From assembly GCA_002269645.1 (NCBI GenBank), contig NIVC01000046.1, positions 124,001 through 188,000 of the forward strand: a stretch of 64,000 nucleotides of DNA, written 5' to 3'. Under the pieces are notes generated by a model. The model saw only the letters and a program-made list of their open reading frames with translations, searched no databases and was not told where the DNA came from. Below are positions 52,040 to 63,639 of this stretch, one piece after another (the first letter of the stretch is position 1; every line of letters starts with the position of its first letter). Origin of the DNA: Macrostomum lignano (lineage: Eukaryota). The translations under genes and the position numbers were made by a program.

Positions 52040-53302
52040 TTCTTGGCTTTTAGATAAGGGTTAAAAAAGCTAAAAAAGACACATTTTCCATTGGAAAAAA
52101 ATGATTAAATAAAAAGTTTTGTCAAAACCACTAGGCCCCAAAAAAACAAGTTTTTAAGCAACGATTATCAGTGCCAGCTAACTGACAAAAATGCATGAAA
52201 AGAATATTTAAAATTTAAATAAAGTACAAAAAGTTTTAACTAAGATTGATCAAATAGAAAATATGAGAAAATGAAAATTTGATCAAATGAAAAAATAAAA
52301 AAATAGTATTTAAATCTTATTTGAGTTTCTCTATATAACATTAGCAATTAAATAGAAGATAGGCTTTGTTTTTTCATACTAATTCTAAAGTGACTTTTAT
52401 TTTGGATTATGTTATTATATTTAATAACTTTAAAATAAGTTTTTAAAGGCCTATATTATTATTATACCAATGCAGCTTGGTTAAGCATAAAGATAAAATA
52501 AAGACATAAACTTTTGAATTCAATGTTTTCTAAAAATTAATAAGTGATATATTATGAATAGTCGGTTAGGGACCTAATTGGCATAACTCCAGTTTCTTGC
52601 TCTAAATTAGGCTCTATCCAAATATCTGGCAACTGGCATTGCATAAATACTTTATAGTCTTTAATGCTTTATTAAACCTGCTTTAAGGATTGTTTTCCAG
52701 CATTTCCAGATTAGCAATACAACCTGCTTTGGACGATTACCCTGTGTCTCTCGTTGACTTTACTACAATACTAGGCCTTATGTCTGTGACTTACTTGTTA
52801 CTTTTACATTTTTAGAAAGTTTTATAAAAAATCAGGATAATAATTTAGCGCAGTAAACCGAAGTTATACTTAATAATTTTGACATGCATATCAAATGCTT
52901 CGTGTAGATGGGTTTCTGATGAGCCTTGCACTCTGGTTCAGCCGCTTAGTGGCTCGCCTCAGTAGCTCAGTAGCTCAGCTGTACCCTGGCTTTAGCTGTA
53001 GGCCTAGCTTCTATCTATAGTATTGTAGCTTCTATTGGTAGGGATTGAACCAGCATATTTTTAAAAGGAATCGAAAAAACACTTGACAGAAATTTTAAAG
53101 ATATGACGGATAAAACAGTAGGCCCTAGTAGAGATTATAGTAGGCCTACGGCTACGGATAACTAAGACGGAAGGAGAGTAAGTTCATATTTATGTAATAG
53201 TGCTCAATTTGCGTGCGCGTGCACTTCTAGTGTTTTCTCCGTATTTCTTTCTGCGTCACCCCACCCCTGCGTATAGCCTTTTCTAGAAATTTCTTTTTGT
53301 TT

Positions 53303-53385
53303 CTGATTGGCTGAAAACGCGTGAATAACGAGCCCCAACCAATAGAGTGCTTAGTGCCTACCCTATCGGCGAAATCCGATTGGTT
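53303..53385. promoter_or_regulatory. Triple CCAAT-box cluster in a CpG-rich segment; candidate (bidirectional) promoter
   Basis: ATTGG 53306, CCAAT 53339, ATTGG 53379, between the divergent MBD-like and RGS-like genes. Confidence 0.5.
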
Positions 53386-54524
53386 AGGATTTTCTAAGCT
53401 GCGTTTTTCACCCTGCCCTCCCCCATCGCGGTCAGTCTATTTAATCAAGCAAGCTGGAACGCAAATAAATCAAGTTTTTCTCTGACTAAAGAAGTCCCGG
53501 CAGTTAAAACTCAAGAATACGCGGCTACATTTACAAAATTTTCGCGCACTGAAAAAATCAACTTAAAATTTGTGCTTAAGCTACGTGCACTAAAACAAAG
53601 ATTTCCATTAAAAATATCTAGATATAGTAAAATTTGTTGTGCACGCTTTTAAGAATGTCTATAATAAAAGCTAAACTTAAATTGTGCAAATTAATTAAAT
53701 CTATTTAGAATTGTCATAACTAACTATACAGTAGCAATTTTAACTTGTGATCAAATCGTTTTTATCTGCAATCACCCGACACCATATTTTTTACATTTTA
53801 TTAACGCTATAGATTTAGAGGTAAAGCTAAAAAGTAGGAATTGAAGGAATACTTTCGATTGTATAGGGATTTACGCGTTTACAAAAATGTTAATATATAT
53901 GTGTGCTGCTAAGTAGTACTGCACTGACAGCACGATGACATTATAGTTGCAAATGCGTCTATAAACCTAAGGCTGTAGGGATCATTTATTTATTGCCATG
54001 ATTTATTTTTGATCAATTTTTCCAACCACTTTTTTATTATAAATCCTTAAAAGACAGTTACTGCCATGCAAATATTATTTTGTGATACTTTCGAAATTTA
54101 AATTTAAATTGTCAAGTTTTAAGTCCATCTGTTATGAATATTTGCGTTAGATTAAATTTTAATTTTATTTCAGCTTCTTTGTCGTTCTGGGCATAAAACA
54201 AAAAAATAAAATAACGATCTCGGCTTTTTTACTCAGCTACTAATGGGCTATAAAAACATATCATTTTAGCACAAAATACATCAATTCGGACTTCACTTTT
54301 TTCTTATAGCTTTGAAGTTTAATTCAAGACTTTCATTTAGGAAATTCAAAGCCAGACCCGATTGTTTGACTAATAATATTATTAGAACATTTGTACTTTG
54401 AAATATACCCATGCTTGCAACAATCTCATGCATTCAGTTTCAACAAACACAAGCTTAAATTAAGTTCATCTTAATGCATGCAACAATACTTTTGATGGTG
54501 TAGTTTCGATCCGGTCAGGCAGCA

Positions 54525-54537
54525 ATGGATCGAAAAG
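54525..54537 (+). CDS. RGS22/RGSL1-like gene, start exon MDRK
   Basis: ATG GAT CGA AAA G|gtaaaa; phase 1 fits the next exon. Confidence 0.65.
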
Positions 54538-54628
54538 GTAAAAATTCAACTTTAAAAAAATGAATTTCAAGCTAATACGAACCCAAATAGGCTTATTGGA
54601 ACTTATTGATGTCGATCGCACATTCCAG

Positions 54629-54720
54629 AGAGTGGGCGACAAGCCCTAGAAAATCTAGAGGACATGCTCATCTATGATGACATGTTTCTGGACTACTTTA
54701 ACGCCTTTCTGAGCTTACCT
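54629..54720 (+). CDS. RGS22/RGSL1-like exon: ...LEDMLIYDDMFLDYFNAFLSLP
   Basis: Matches RGS22 FEDSLATDDFLVDYFNEFLSLP; ttccag/gtgagt. Confidence 0.88.
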
Positions 54721-54814
54721 GTGAGTTGAACTCTAGTCGAACTGATTCAACTCTATTCCAGAGTTTGCAGATCTTGCTTTTATTACAAAGATGTCTCTCC
54801 CCACCACAATGCAG

Positions 54815-54993
54815 GCATTTCCCCAGGTGCTTCAATATCACCGACTGACGGGCACGTTTCGCATTGTCGACACCGCTGACGACTCGCTGGTCGAGTGGAG
54901 CAACTCCTCCGAGCCGCTGTACGGCGCCACCGACGATGAGAGGGAGACAATCATGACCTGGGCGCAGAATGAGCGACTGCCACTGTTCACCAA
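54815..54993 (+). CDS. RGS22/RGSL1-like exon: AFPQVLQYHRLTGTF...WAQNERLPLFT
   Basis: Matches RGS22 WIKKERLPAF; tgcag/gtgagc. Confidence 0.88.
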
Positions 54994-55091
54994 GTGAGCC
55001 TTACTCAATATGCATGTACTTTAATCGATCGAGTAACATCGCATAATTCCCCTGTAGCTCAAAACTAATTTTTACAATTGGTTAATTCCAG

Positions 55092-55204
55092 AACGGAGCT
55101 CTACCGCGAGTACAAGCTCTGCAAGCTGCTGCTCAGGCCAGTTGATGCCAGAAAAATCGGCACCCGACCTGGCACCTTTGTGCGCGGCTACAGCCGCACT
55201 TCCG
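55092..55204 (+). CDS. RGS22/RGSL1-like exon: TELYREYKLCKLLLRP...
   Basis: Matches RGS22 SDCYFEYRLAKL; phase 2/1. Confidence 0.85.
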
Positions 55205-55419
55205 GTGGGTTGGGGAGTGTTTAATTCAAAATTGAGATGTCTGAGTAGGGTGTGCGAGTAGTTGAGATGAAAATTCGTGCACGAAAATTGACCTGGGGGT
55301 TCGTCATACGGCCTGTATTCACACGCCCCCCTGAGGGTCAAATTCCAAGTCAGAGAGTGGGCGTAAATTGTCAGACTCGGACTATGAGAAAGTCAGGGCC
55401 GCTGTACACTTGATGCTGG

Positions 55420-55810
55420 TGCCCCTTGGTGCTGGCGCCCCTTGGTGCTGGCGCCCCTTGGTGCTGGCGCCCCTTGGTGCTGGCGCCCCTTGGTGCTGGC
55501 GCCCCTTGGTGCTGGCGCCCCTTGGTGCTGGCGCACCTTGGTGCTGGCGCCCCTTGGTGCTGGCGCCCCTTGGTGCTTGCGCCCCTTGGTGCTGGCGCCC
55601 CTTGGTGCTGGCGCACCTTGGTGCTGGCGCCCCTTGGTGCTGGCGCCCCTTGGTGCTGGCGCCCCTTGGTGCTGGCGCCCCTTGGTGCTGGCGCCCCTTG
55701 GTGCTGGCGCCCCTTGGTGCTGGCGCCCCTTGGTGCTGGCGCCCCTTGGTGCTGGCGCCCCTTGGTGCTGGCGCCACTGGGTGCTGGCGCCATTTTTGCT
55801 GGCGCCACTA
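55420..55810. repeat. 16-bp minisatellite (ggtgctggcgcccctt)
   Basis: In an RGS-like gene intron. Confidence 0.96.
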
Positions 55811-55977
55811 TGTGTTGGCGCGCCATAAAGACGCATGGAGCACTACGATCCGTGCTGTTGATCCCTGGCTACTCCAGTACACGAATTTGAAAGTTTAAAA
55901 CCTCACTATAACAAAACATTGAGGATGGCTCCTCTGCATCATTTCATCTTGTCCGTGTTAACAAAATCCTCACCCAG

Positions 55978-56411
55978 GCTCCATGGGCTCGCTGACCGAT
56001 ACGGACGCTGACGACGGCTCCTCCGCTGACGTTGATGACGACGACGATGACGAAGATGAAGAATTCGAAGACAGTCAAGACGAGGACGGCGAGTACAACA
56101 CCACGGACTTGACTTCGTCCAGCGGCATGTCCAACCGGCCGCCAACTCACGCCAAGAGTTTGCCGGACCGCCTGACCGGCAAGGCCGGCAGCAGCGGAGC
56201 TCGGCGGCGAAGACGTCGACGACCGCGCGACATCGACACCACCGGCGATCTGGACGAGTCAGGCACCACTGGCGCTGTTGACGCCAGCGTCAGCGGCCTG
56301 GCGATCGATGCATCCACCGCGACGCCGAGTCGGATCCAACAGCATCGACGCTTGAAGGCGTCGCAGCAGGCTGGCGATGGCCGAACCTACTCGGCGCCGC
56401 ACAACTACCAG
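55978..56411 (+). CDS. RGS22/RGSL1-like acidic low-complexity exon
   Basis: cccag/gtgtga; phase 1/0; Asp/Glu tract followed by an Arg tract. Confidence 0.8.
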
Positions 56412-56464
56412 GTGTGAAATTTATTTGCTAACAATATTTTCAAACTTTCAAGTCTAGCAAAGTG

Positions 56465-56780
56465 TGGGGGTCGTAGCCCTGTGGTTTAGCGCCTCGCTTT
56501 GGTGTGGCCTAAGCTCGATATAAAGTGCAAGTCATATTAATTTGAAATCTCGGCTAGACTCTGCTCGTGCAATTAACGGCCTTGAGGGCCAACCCCCAAG
56601 GCACAGCGAAGCGTACCTGTCTAACGCGATGAATAAAGCTAGGGGCCGCTGTACACTCCTGTGTGAGTGTGTGCCTGTGCGTGTCGGCGCGATTGTGTGC
56701 CTACTCAGGAGAGTCGGCGGAATGGGCAGTAACGCGCCTTTCGCCGGTTGCGCGGCAATGTCGCTTAAAGTGCGCCAGGG
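56465..56780 (+). mobile_element. SINE family A copy
   Basis: Long identical stretches with the 15812 copy (e.g. ctctgctcgtgcaattaacggccttgagggccaacccccaaggcacag). Confidence 0.85.
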
Positions 56781-57269
56781 TAAAAGATATAAAAATATAT
56801 TAGAATGTCAGGAAAATCATTTATGAATGGCCAAAATGACTTAGAACTTGTTTCTTTGGCTGCACATTGGTCGAGAAACATGTTTGCAGTCAGTCAGACG
56901 GTCACAAGAATATTTCGCTCTCGAAAGACTAACTGCATTCGCTAGCATGATATAGACAAAGACTACTCCAAGGATACTTTATCCAAGGACAACAAATTTT
57001 CAAGAAACATATTTCCCTTTCCTTCTTCTCTAGTAGTCCTTGGATAAAGAGATGTAGAGTGCTTGGAATGCTTTACGTAAAAATAAATCAGCAAATTAAA
57101 GTAAAAAAGTTTCAAAGTGTAGTCTTCGCTAAGAACACGCTTTATTTAAATCCAGAATCAAGGAGCAAAAAATGTAATAAATAGTTCTAAACCTAGAAAA
57201 TTCGCAATGATACCCGTTTGGTCAAAAATGGTGTTATGATACCAATATTTAAGCCTATAACACGATTAA

Positions 57270-57440
57270 ACGCTAGTGGTTGGAACGTCGAACGTCGAAA
57301 CAATTTGTGTCCTTGAGCAAGACAGTTAACTCTGCATTGCTCAGTTCACCCAACTGTAAAATGGGTGGCAACATTAGCTGGAGTAATTGAGGGTTGTGGG
57401 TGGCGACCCCCAGTCCTTGGACTCAATAACCGTACGCAGC
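57270..57440 (+). mobile_element. CORE-like SINE remnant
   Basis: 57307-57365 gtgtccttgagcaagacagttaac...ctcagttcacccaactgtaaaatggg aligns with the MIR CORE sequence as recalled. Confidence 0.65.
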
Positions 57441-57527
57441 CTTCAGATGCTCCGCGCAATAGCTGCGGCTGAGCACAGTCACTCAGAAAAAAATCTTAAA
57501 AATGAATTCTCAACCGTCTCATCCAAG

Positions 57528-58015
57528 GAATTCGCTATGCTACCCATGTCTACCGATTTCGATCTGCTGCGCGACCTACAGGAGGCCCCTGCCGTCGTGT
57601 CCTTCAGCACCCGAGCCGGCGAGACTGGCGGTGCGGGAGACAGCCTCGACTTGAAAGGCCTGGAAGCTCGGCAGAACCTGCCGTTCGATCGCCTAAAAGA
57701 GCTGATGCTGGCCAACAGGCAGGGCGTGCAGGAGTTCTTCGAATTCCTGCGACCAACAGCCGGCTTGCATCTGGTGGACTTCTGGCTGGACTGCGAGTTC
57801 TACAAAGACACGGCGTTGGAACGCAGCAACGCTGATAACAGGCAGACCCGAGGCCGACTTCTGCGCGACCTGCAGGACAAGTACCGGCTGCGACTCACCG
57901 AGGAGGCCAAAGCGCAGATGCGCAATGCCGCTAACGACCACCAGAAGGCGAATTCGATTCTGCTGCGAACGCAGTATGACGTGCTGCGACGGCTCCGATC
58001 GTATTGGCTGCCCAG
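57528..58015 (+). CDS. RGS22/RGSL1-like exon with RGS-like domain
   Basis: FFEFLRPTAGLHLVDFWLDCEFYK...LRRLRSYWLPR; ccaag/gtaggt. Confidence 0.88.
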
Positions 58016-58094
58016 GTAGGTAGAAAGATGCAGTACAACATCGGCTGCTAACCTGTGGCGTTCTAGACAGGCATTTTGAGACTTGGAAATTTGA

Positions 58095-59100
58095 TTTTAG
58101 TGCCTTAGACATGAGTTTAGTGCCTTAGACATGAGTTTAGTGCCTTAGACAGGAGTTTAGTGCCTTAGACATGAGTTTAGTGCCTTAGACAGGAGTTTAG
58201 TGCCTTAGACATGAGTTTAGTGCCTTAGACAGGAGTTTAGTATGTTTAGAAATGAGGTTAGTGCCTTAGACAGGAGTTTAGTGCCTTAGACAAGAGTTTA
58301 GTATGTTTAGAAATGAGTTTAGTGCCTTAGACAGGAGTTTAGTGCCTTAGACAAGAGTTTAGTATGTTTAGAAATGAGTTTAGTGCCTTAGACAGGAGTT
58401 TAGTATGTTTAGACATGAGTTTAGTACCTTAGACATGAGTTTAGTATGTTTAGACAGGAGTTTAGTATGTTTAGACATGAGTTTAGTGCCTTAGACATGA
58501 GTTTAGTATGTTTAGACATAGGTTTAGTATGTTTAGACATGAGTTTAGTGCCTTAGACAAGAGTTTAGGATGTTTAGACAGGAGATTAGTGCCTTAGACA
58601 GGAGTTTAGGATGTTTAGACAGGAGATTAGTGCCTTAGATGGAGTTTAGTGCCTTAGACAAGAGTTTAGTGCCTTACACAAGAGTTTAGTGCCTTAGACA
58701 GGGGTTTAGTGCCTTAGACATGAGTTTAGTGCCTTAGACAGGAGTTTAGTGCCTTAGACAGGAGTTTAGTGCCTTAGACATGAGTTTAGTGCCTTAGACA
58801 GGAGTTTAGTGCCTTAGACAGGAGTTTAGTGCCTTAGACATGAGTTTAGTGCCTTAGACAGGAGTTTAGTGCCTTAGACAGGAGTTTAGTGCCTTAGACA
58901 GGAGTTTAGTGCCTTAGACAGGAGTTTAGTGCCTTAGACATGAGTTTAGTGCCTTAGACAGGAGTTTAGTGCCTTAGACAGGAGTTTAGTGCCTTAGACA
59001 GGAGTTTAGTGCCTTAGACAGGAGTTTAGTGCCTTAGACATGAGTTTAGTGCCTTAGACAGGAGTTTAGTGCCTTAGACATGAGTTTAGTGCCTTAGACG
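58095..59100. repeat. 20-bp minisatellite (gtttagtgccttagacagga)
   Basis: Fills most of intron 58016-59204. Confidence 0.96.
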
Positions 59101-59204
59101 TGGGTTTCGTTAGTACCTTTGACGTTGGGTATCAATATTCACTATACAAATAAGGCCACACTTAAGCAGAACATTCCCGCATTTCACCCCAACCCGCGCT
59201 GCAG

Positions 59205-59625
59205 ATACATAATCCACAAGGAACGCGAGCTGACAGGCCAGACATTCTCAGACCTGCAGCAGGCCTGGCTAAACGACGCCACTCGTCGTGCCTCGGCCAT
59301 GTCGACCATCTTCCCGTCGCTGTCGTTGGTCAACTCCATGCCGGTGCGGCCGGACCTGGCGCACAACCTGGCCATCACCGAGTCCTGGGATCGGGTGCGC
59401 GCCGGAGGTCGCCAGCTGGACGACCGGATTCGGTCAGCTAAAGGCGGTCCGCAGCTGCAGCAGCCGGCCCTGGCCGCTAAGCCCGTCTCGGCGTCGCGAC
59501 CGTTCCAGGCTCGGCTGAGGGACGCTCTGACAGTCGACCGCATCGCTGGCGGACCGTTTCGAAGCTTCCTGGAGATGCGACATCGGGATCCGGAGCTGCT
59601 TGCCTGCTTGATGTTCTTCCAGGAG
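59205..59625 (+). CDS. RGS22/RGSL1-like exon
   Basis: GGPFRSFLE...ACLMFFQE, the start of another RGS-like repeat; tgcag/gtgatt; phase 2/0. Confidence 0.85.
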
Positions 59626-59809
59626 GTGATTTTTTAGTTCAATTTTGTCGCGCTTCTGTAGATATTCTCCTTTGAAGTCGAGGGCACTGTTGTTTAATGG
59701 ATTTTGTCCTTTCCTGTTGCACTTAAATTCATTAATTAGATGATGTGTCAAGTTGAATGGTGGTGCTACATGTGTTGATGAATGAAAATGCCTGTTGCAA
59801 CAGGTATTA

Positions 59810-60085
59810 CCTGTTATATAGTTGTGTTACCTGTTGGATACGGGATGTTACCTGTTGGATACGGAGTGTTACCTGTTGGATACGGGATGTGACCTACTGG
59901 ATACGGAGTGTTACCTGTTGGATACGGAGTGTTACCTGTTGGATACGGGATGTGACCTACTGGATACGGAGTGTTACCTGTTGGATACGGAGTGTTACCT
60001 GTTGGATACGGAGTGTTACCTGTTGGATACGGAGTGTTACCTGTTGGATACGGAGTATTACCTGTTGGATGCGGGGTTATACCTG
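59810..60085. repeat. 21-bp minisatellite (gtgttacctgttggatacgga)
   Basis: Direct inspection. Confidence 0.95.
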
Positions 60086-60222
60086 TTTGACAGTTTTGTC
60101 CCTGGATAACAAGGATTGTGACCTGGGTTGTCGAGTCACTTTTTGCAAAGATTTCTCACCCGTTTAACAGTGTTACGAGCATACCTGGTTGCAGCGTCTC
60201 CTCACCTCCCCTCTCCAATCAG

Positions 60223-60494
60223 GTGGAGGAATATTCCAGACGAGACGAACGCACCGCAGATCGCTTCCTGCGCCTTGGGCACGCGTGGAACATCTTCAAT
60301 CGCTACCTGAACGTGAGCGCCGCGCAGCCGGTCAAGGTGGACAAGCGTGAGAATCAGCTGATCCTGGATGCGCTACGCCGGTCGAAGGACACAGTCCCGG
60401 CGAAGGTGTTCGCCAAAGCTCAGGACTCGGTGGTGGTCCGTATGGGCGACACCTGGTTGCGCTTCTTGAAGGAGGATGTGAAAAATTTCCTGGA
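60223..60494 (+). CDS. RGS22/RGSL1-like exon (RGS-like helices)
   Basis: VEEY...AWNIFNRYLNVSAAQPV...VFAKAQDSV...WLRFL; atcag/gtgagt. Confidence 0.88.
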
Positions 60495-60509
60495 GTGAGT
60501 TTAGACGAT

Positions 60510-60680
60510 TTGTAATGTGTAGATTCTGTAATGTGTAGATTCTGTAATGTGTAGATTCTGTAATGTGTAGATTCTGTAATGTGTAGATTCTGTAATGTGT
60601 AGATTCTGTAATGTGTAGATTCTGTAATGTGTAGATTCTGTAATGTGTAGATTCTATAAAGTGTAGATTCTGTAAGGTGT
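60510..60680. repeat. 16-bp minisatellite (gattctgtaatgtgta)
   Basis: Starts ~15 nt after the 60494 donor. Confidence 0.95.
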
Positions 60681-60699
60681 TTCACATATTCTCTTAAGT

Positions 60700-60990
60700 C
60701 GGGGTCGGCAAAGTTTTTTACCTCAAGGGCCGGATGAAGAATCCAGCTTATGGCTATGTGCTAGATGAGAGAGGAAAAGAGAGGAAATAGAAGAGATAAG
60801 AAGCAAGACAAGATGAGAAAAAAGAGGAGAGATGAGAGAAGGGAGAGAGGAGAGAAGAGAGAGGGGGAAAGAGAGGGGAGAGAGGGGAGAGAGAAGAGAG
60901 GGAACCGGTGGAGAGGGGAGAGAGGAGAGAAGAGACACAGACATTGAGCGGGCCGCATTGCTATTGTAAAGTTTTAATGGAACCGAGGGT
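60700..60990. mobile_element. hAT/Charlie-like element, opposite orientation, GA-rich interior
   Basis: ggggtcggcaaagttttttacctcaagggccgga ... gcgggccgcattgctattgtaaagttt. Confidence 0.65.
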
Positions 60991-61170
60991 CGGAGTCCTT
61001 TATGTGTGGATTCTGTAATGCGTAGGTTTTATAGGTGTCCAACACATTCTCGAAAGTGCGGATTCGCGAAAATGAAAAAAAATTTCAGTTGGAGAGACAC
61101 AAAAAAGAGCATATTGGTTAAAATACAAACAAAAAAATAATGTTGCTAATATCCACATTGACCCATCCAG

Positions 61171-61278
61171 ATCATCGGTGTCGCATCGCGATTCCGACAG
61201 CCCGCCAAAGACGTCAGACGAAATTCAAGTGTACATCGAAAACGGAAAGATTATTGTCAAACGAATTCAACCGGAAAG
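61171..61278 (+). CDS. RGS22/RGSL1-like exon
   Basis: tccag/gtgaga; phase 2/2; open frame. Confidence 0.75.
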
Positions 61279-62325
61279 GTGAGAAATTTGACTAAATGAA
61301 CTTCAATTTAGAAATTTATTCTCGGATATAAATTGCACCTATAAAACTATTTCTATAGAAGCCTAATTGCTTTAAGTATGATTACAATAACAGGCAGCAT
61401 ATTTTTAAAACTTGAATCATCTGGTGGTGGTTCTCACGAGCCCGAAACGACCCTGAGGTGTTGAGTCGTTAAAGTTATCTGGGCTATATGTAGCAATTTT
61501 AAATTTCGTTTCAACTTTCCCACGAGAAATCAACAGGTAATTTTATACCTATAGAGACACTTCCATCCTAAGACACTTTAGGTATTGAAGCTATCAAAGT
61601 AACCCAAAACAGTTGCAATCAACAATGGAAGCAGCCTCTCTCTGATCATTTTGTCTCAACGCAGGTGTCGACAAATATTTTCTAACAATCGACAGTTTTC
61701 GGAGCCGTTAATCACTGTCAGAAGCCGTCGTGATACATGTAGTATTCCCCCAGAGTACCGAGCATTCACCTTCCTGTGACTGCGCGCAGCGCCACTCTGT
61801 TTCCAGTAATTAACCGAACCCTCTATGTGATCAATGGCGAATCCCGTTTACCGGAAAGCGACCTCTGGGTAACTTTTTACGAGTAAAAACCCTTGAAGGT
61901 ATATCTATCGTGTTGTTATAAACTGAGTAGCTACGCGTATCTTGCACACCGCCGGGATAAGTGTTACAGGTATTTCGCTTGCGTCATTCAATTTAGATAG
62001 CACCAAAGACACAGTTCTAAACTTGCATGAATGCTGTAACCTGTTTTTCAGCTTTGTTGTTTAAACCATTTTTTTGTTATAATTCTGTGTTTTATTGCAA
62101 AGCAACATGCGATGAAAGTCAATAATACTTCGTCCGAATAATCGCAGACACGTTCGATTTACCAGTTTTTTTATTTATTTGTTTTAAACTACATGTACAG
62201 TGACTGTGACGCTGTTCAGAGAGTGTTCTTGCCTTACCTTACTTTTTGCTTCATTCGGGTTGTGAGCCGTCGTTATTAATCACAAAAAACATTTGCTTCT
62301 CGCACCAAAACTATCAACGAGTCAG

Positions 62326-62520
62326 ACAGCATCGCCACAGCTCAGCCAGCCGCCGACTCCAAAGTCTGGACCCGCGAATGTCTCCTGGCTCAGCGCTAGA
62401 CGCTGACGTCGCCACTCGACGTCAATCCTCTCGTCGATATTCGCGACAGAGTGCCGCTCTGAACTTTTCCGAAGTCGGCACCATTGCCGGCGATCCGTTT
62501 GATAATCAGAGCCTGAAAGG
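62326..62520 (+). CDS. RGS22/RGSL1-like exon (gene probably continues beyond the window)
   Basis: gtcag/gtattt; phase 2/2; open frame. Confidence 0.65.
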
Positions 62521-62674
62521 GTATTTGTTGTGCAACTAGGAGACAGGGGCTTTTTTAAATAGATCTTTTGTTTCCATCTCTTTTTTAATTCTTTTAGTTC
62601 AAAGAAAATCATTTTACAGCTTTTTAATGCAGTACAAAGGATTTGAGTCATTTATTAGCAAAGACATAGATGTT

Positions 62675-62965
62675 TTCTGATTGGCTGAGGCTGTATAGAC
62701 GATGCAGTGGTGGCTTCTGATTGGCTGAGACTTATTATATAGACAATACAGCGGGTGTCTTCTGATTGGCTGAGGCCTAGTATCTAGATAATACAGCGGT
62801 GTCTTCTGATTGGCTGAGGCCTAGTATCTAGACAATACAGCGGTGTCTTCTTATTGGCTGAGGCCTAGTATATAGACAATACAGCGGTGTCTTCTTATTG
62901 GCTGAGGCCTAATATATAGACAATACAGCGGTGTCTTCTGATTGGCTGAGGCCTGGTATATAGCC
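62675..62965. repeat. ~44-bp minisatellite, 7 copies, each carrying an ATTGG box
   Basis: ttctgattggctgagg core. Confidence 0.93.
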
Positions 62966-63639
62966 ATAGTTATACATTTTTGAGCGGCAAATGGTAGTTA
63001 GAAGACAGATACCGTTCAATTTTTATCGATCCAGTTGTCAGGTAACATTTTTCTCAGAAGTTAAATCTTTTCATCGAACCTTAATTGCTTTTTTATTGAA
63101 GTCCAGCGTTTTTAAATCAACCATTGCACACTCAAGTTCCCTCGTCGTGAGCACACACAGTTCACAGTTTTTGAAAAAAAGTTTCATCACGTACGAGCTA
63201 CATGTAACGGTTTTATTAAGTAGCTCGAACTTGTCCAATGTTTTATTTTTTTGTAATTATGCTCAAATAATATATAAACTGTCAATTGAATATGCATAGT
63301 TTATATTCGTAGTATCTACGCTCGTTAGTCAAATATTAACTTTTAAAGTACACGTTGTACTTGCAGATTTAGGAACAGATTTATTATCCTATGCTTGTAC
63401 TACTAGTACACTACATTCTTTAGCATTTAAACGCTGCTATCAATTTCGAAAATACATATAATTCTTGAGAAAAGTCATTGCTTACTTAGAAATGAAATTT
63501 GCAAGGAAAATCTATCAATTAAAGATAGTAAATTTTCGTAAGGAATCAATAAAGAATAATTGAAGGTGAAGAGACGGAGAGAGGTTGAGAATCTCAAACT
63601 CTGTCAACTCATTCAGTTGACTCGGTAAAGTCAGGAAGC

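Noticed and set aside
61665-61780. Alternative terminal RGS exon after ctcaacgcag
   Set aside because: Phase-compatible but short and featureless; 62326-62520 fits better. It cannot be excluded.
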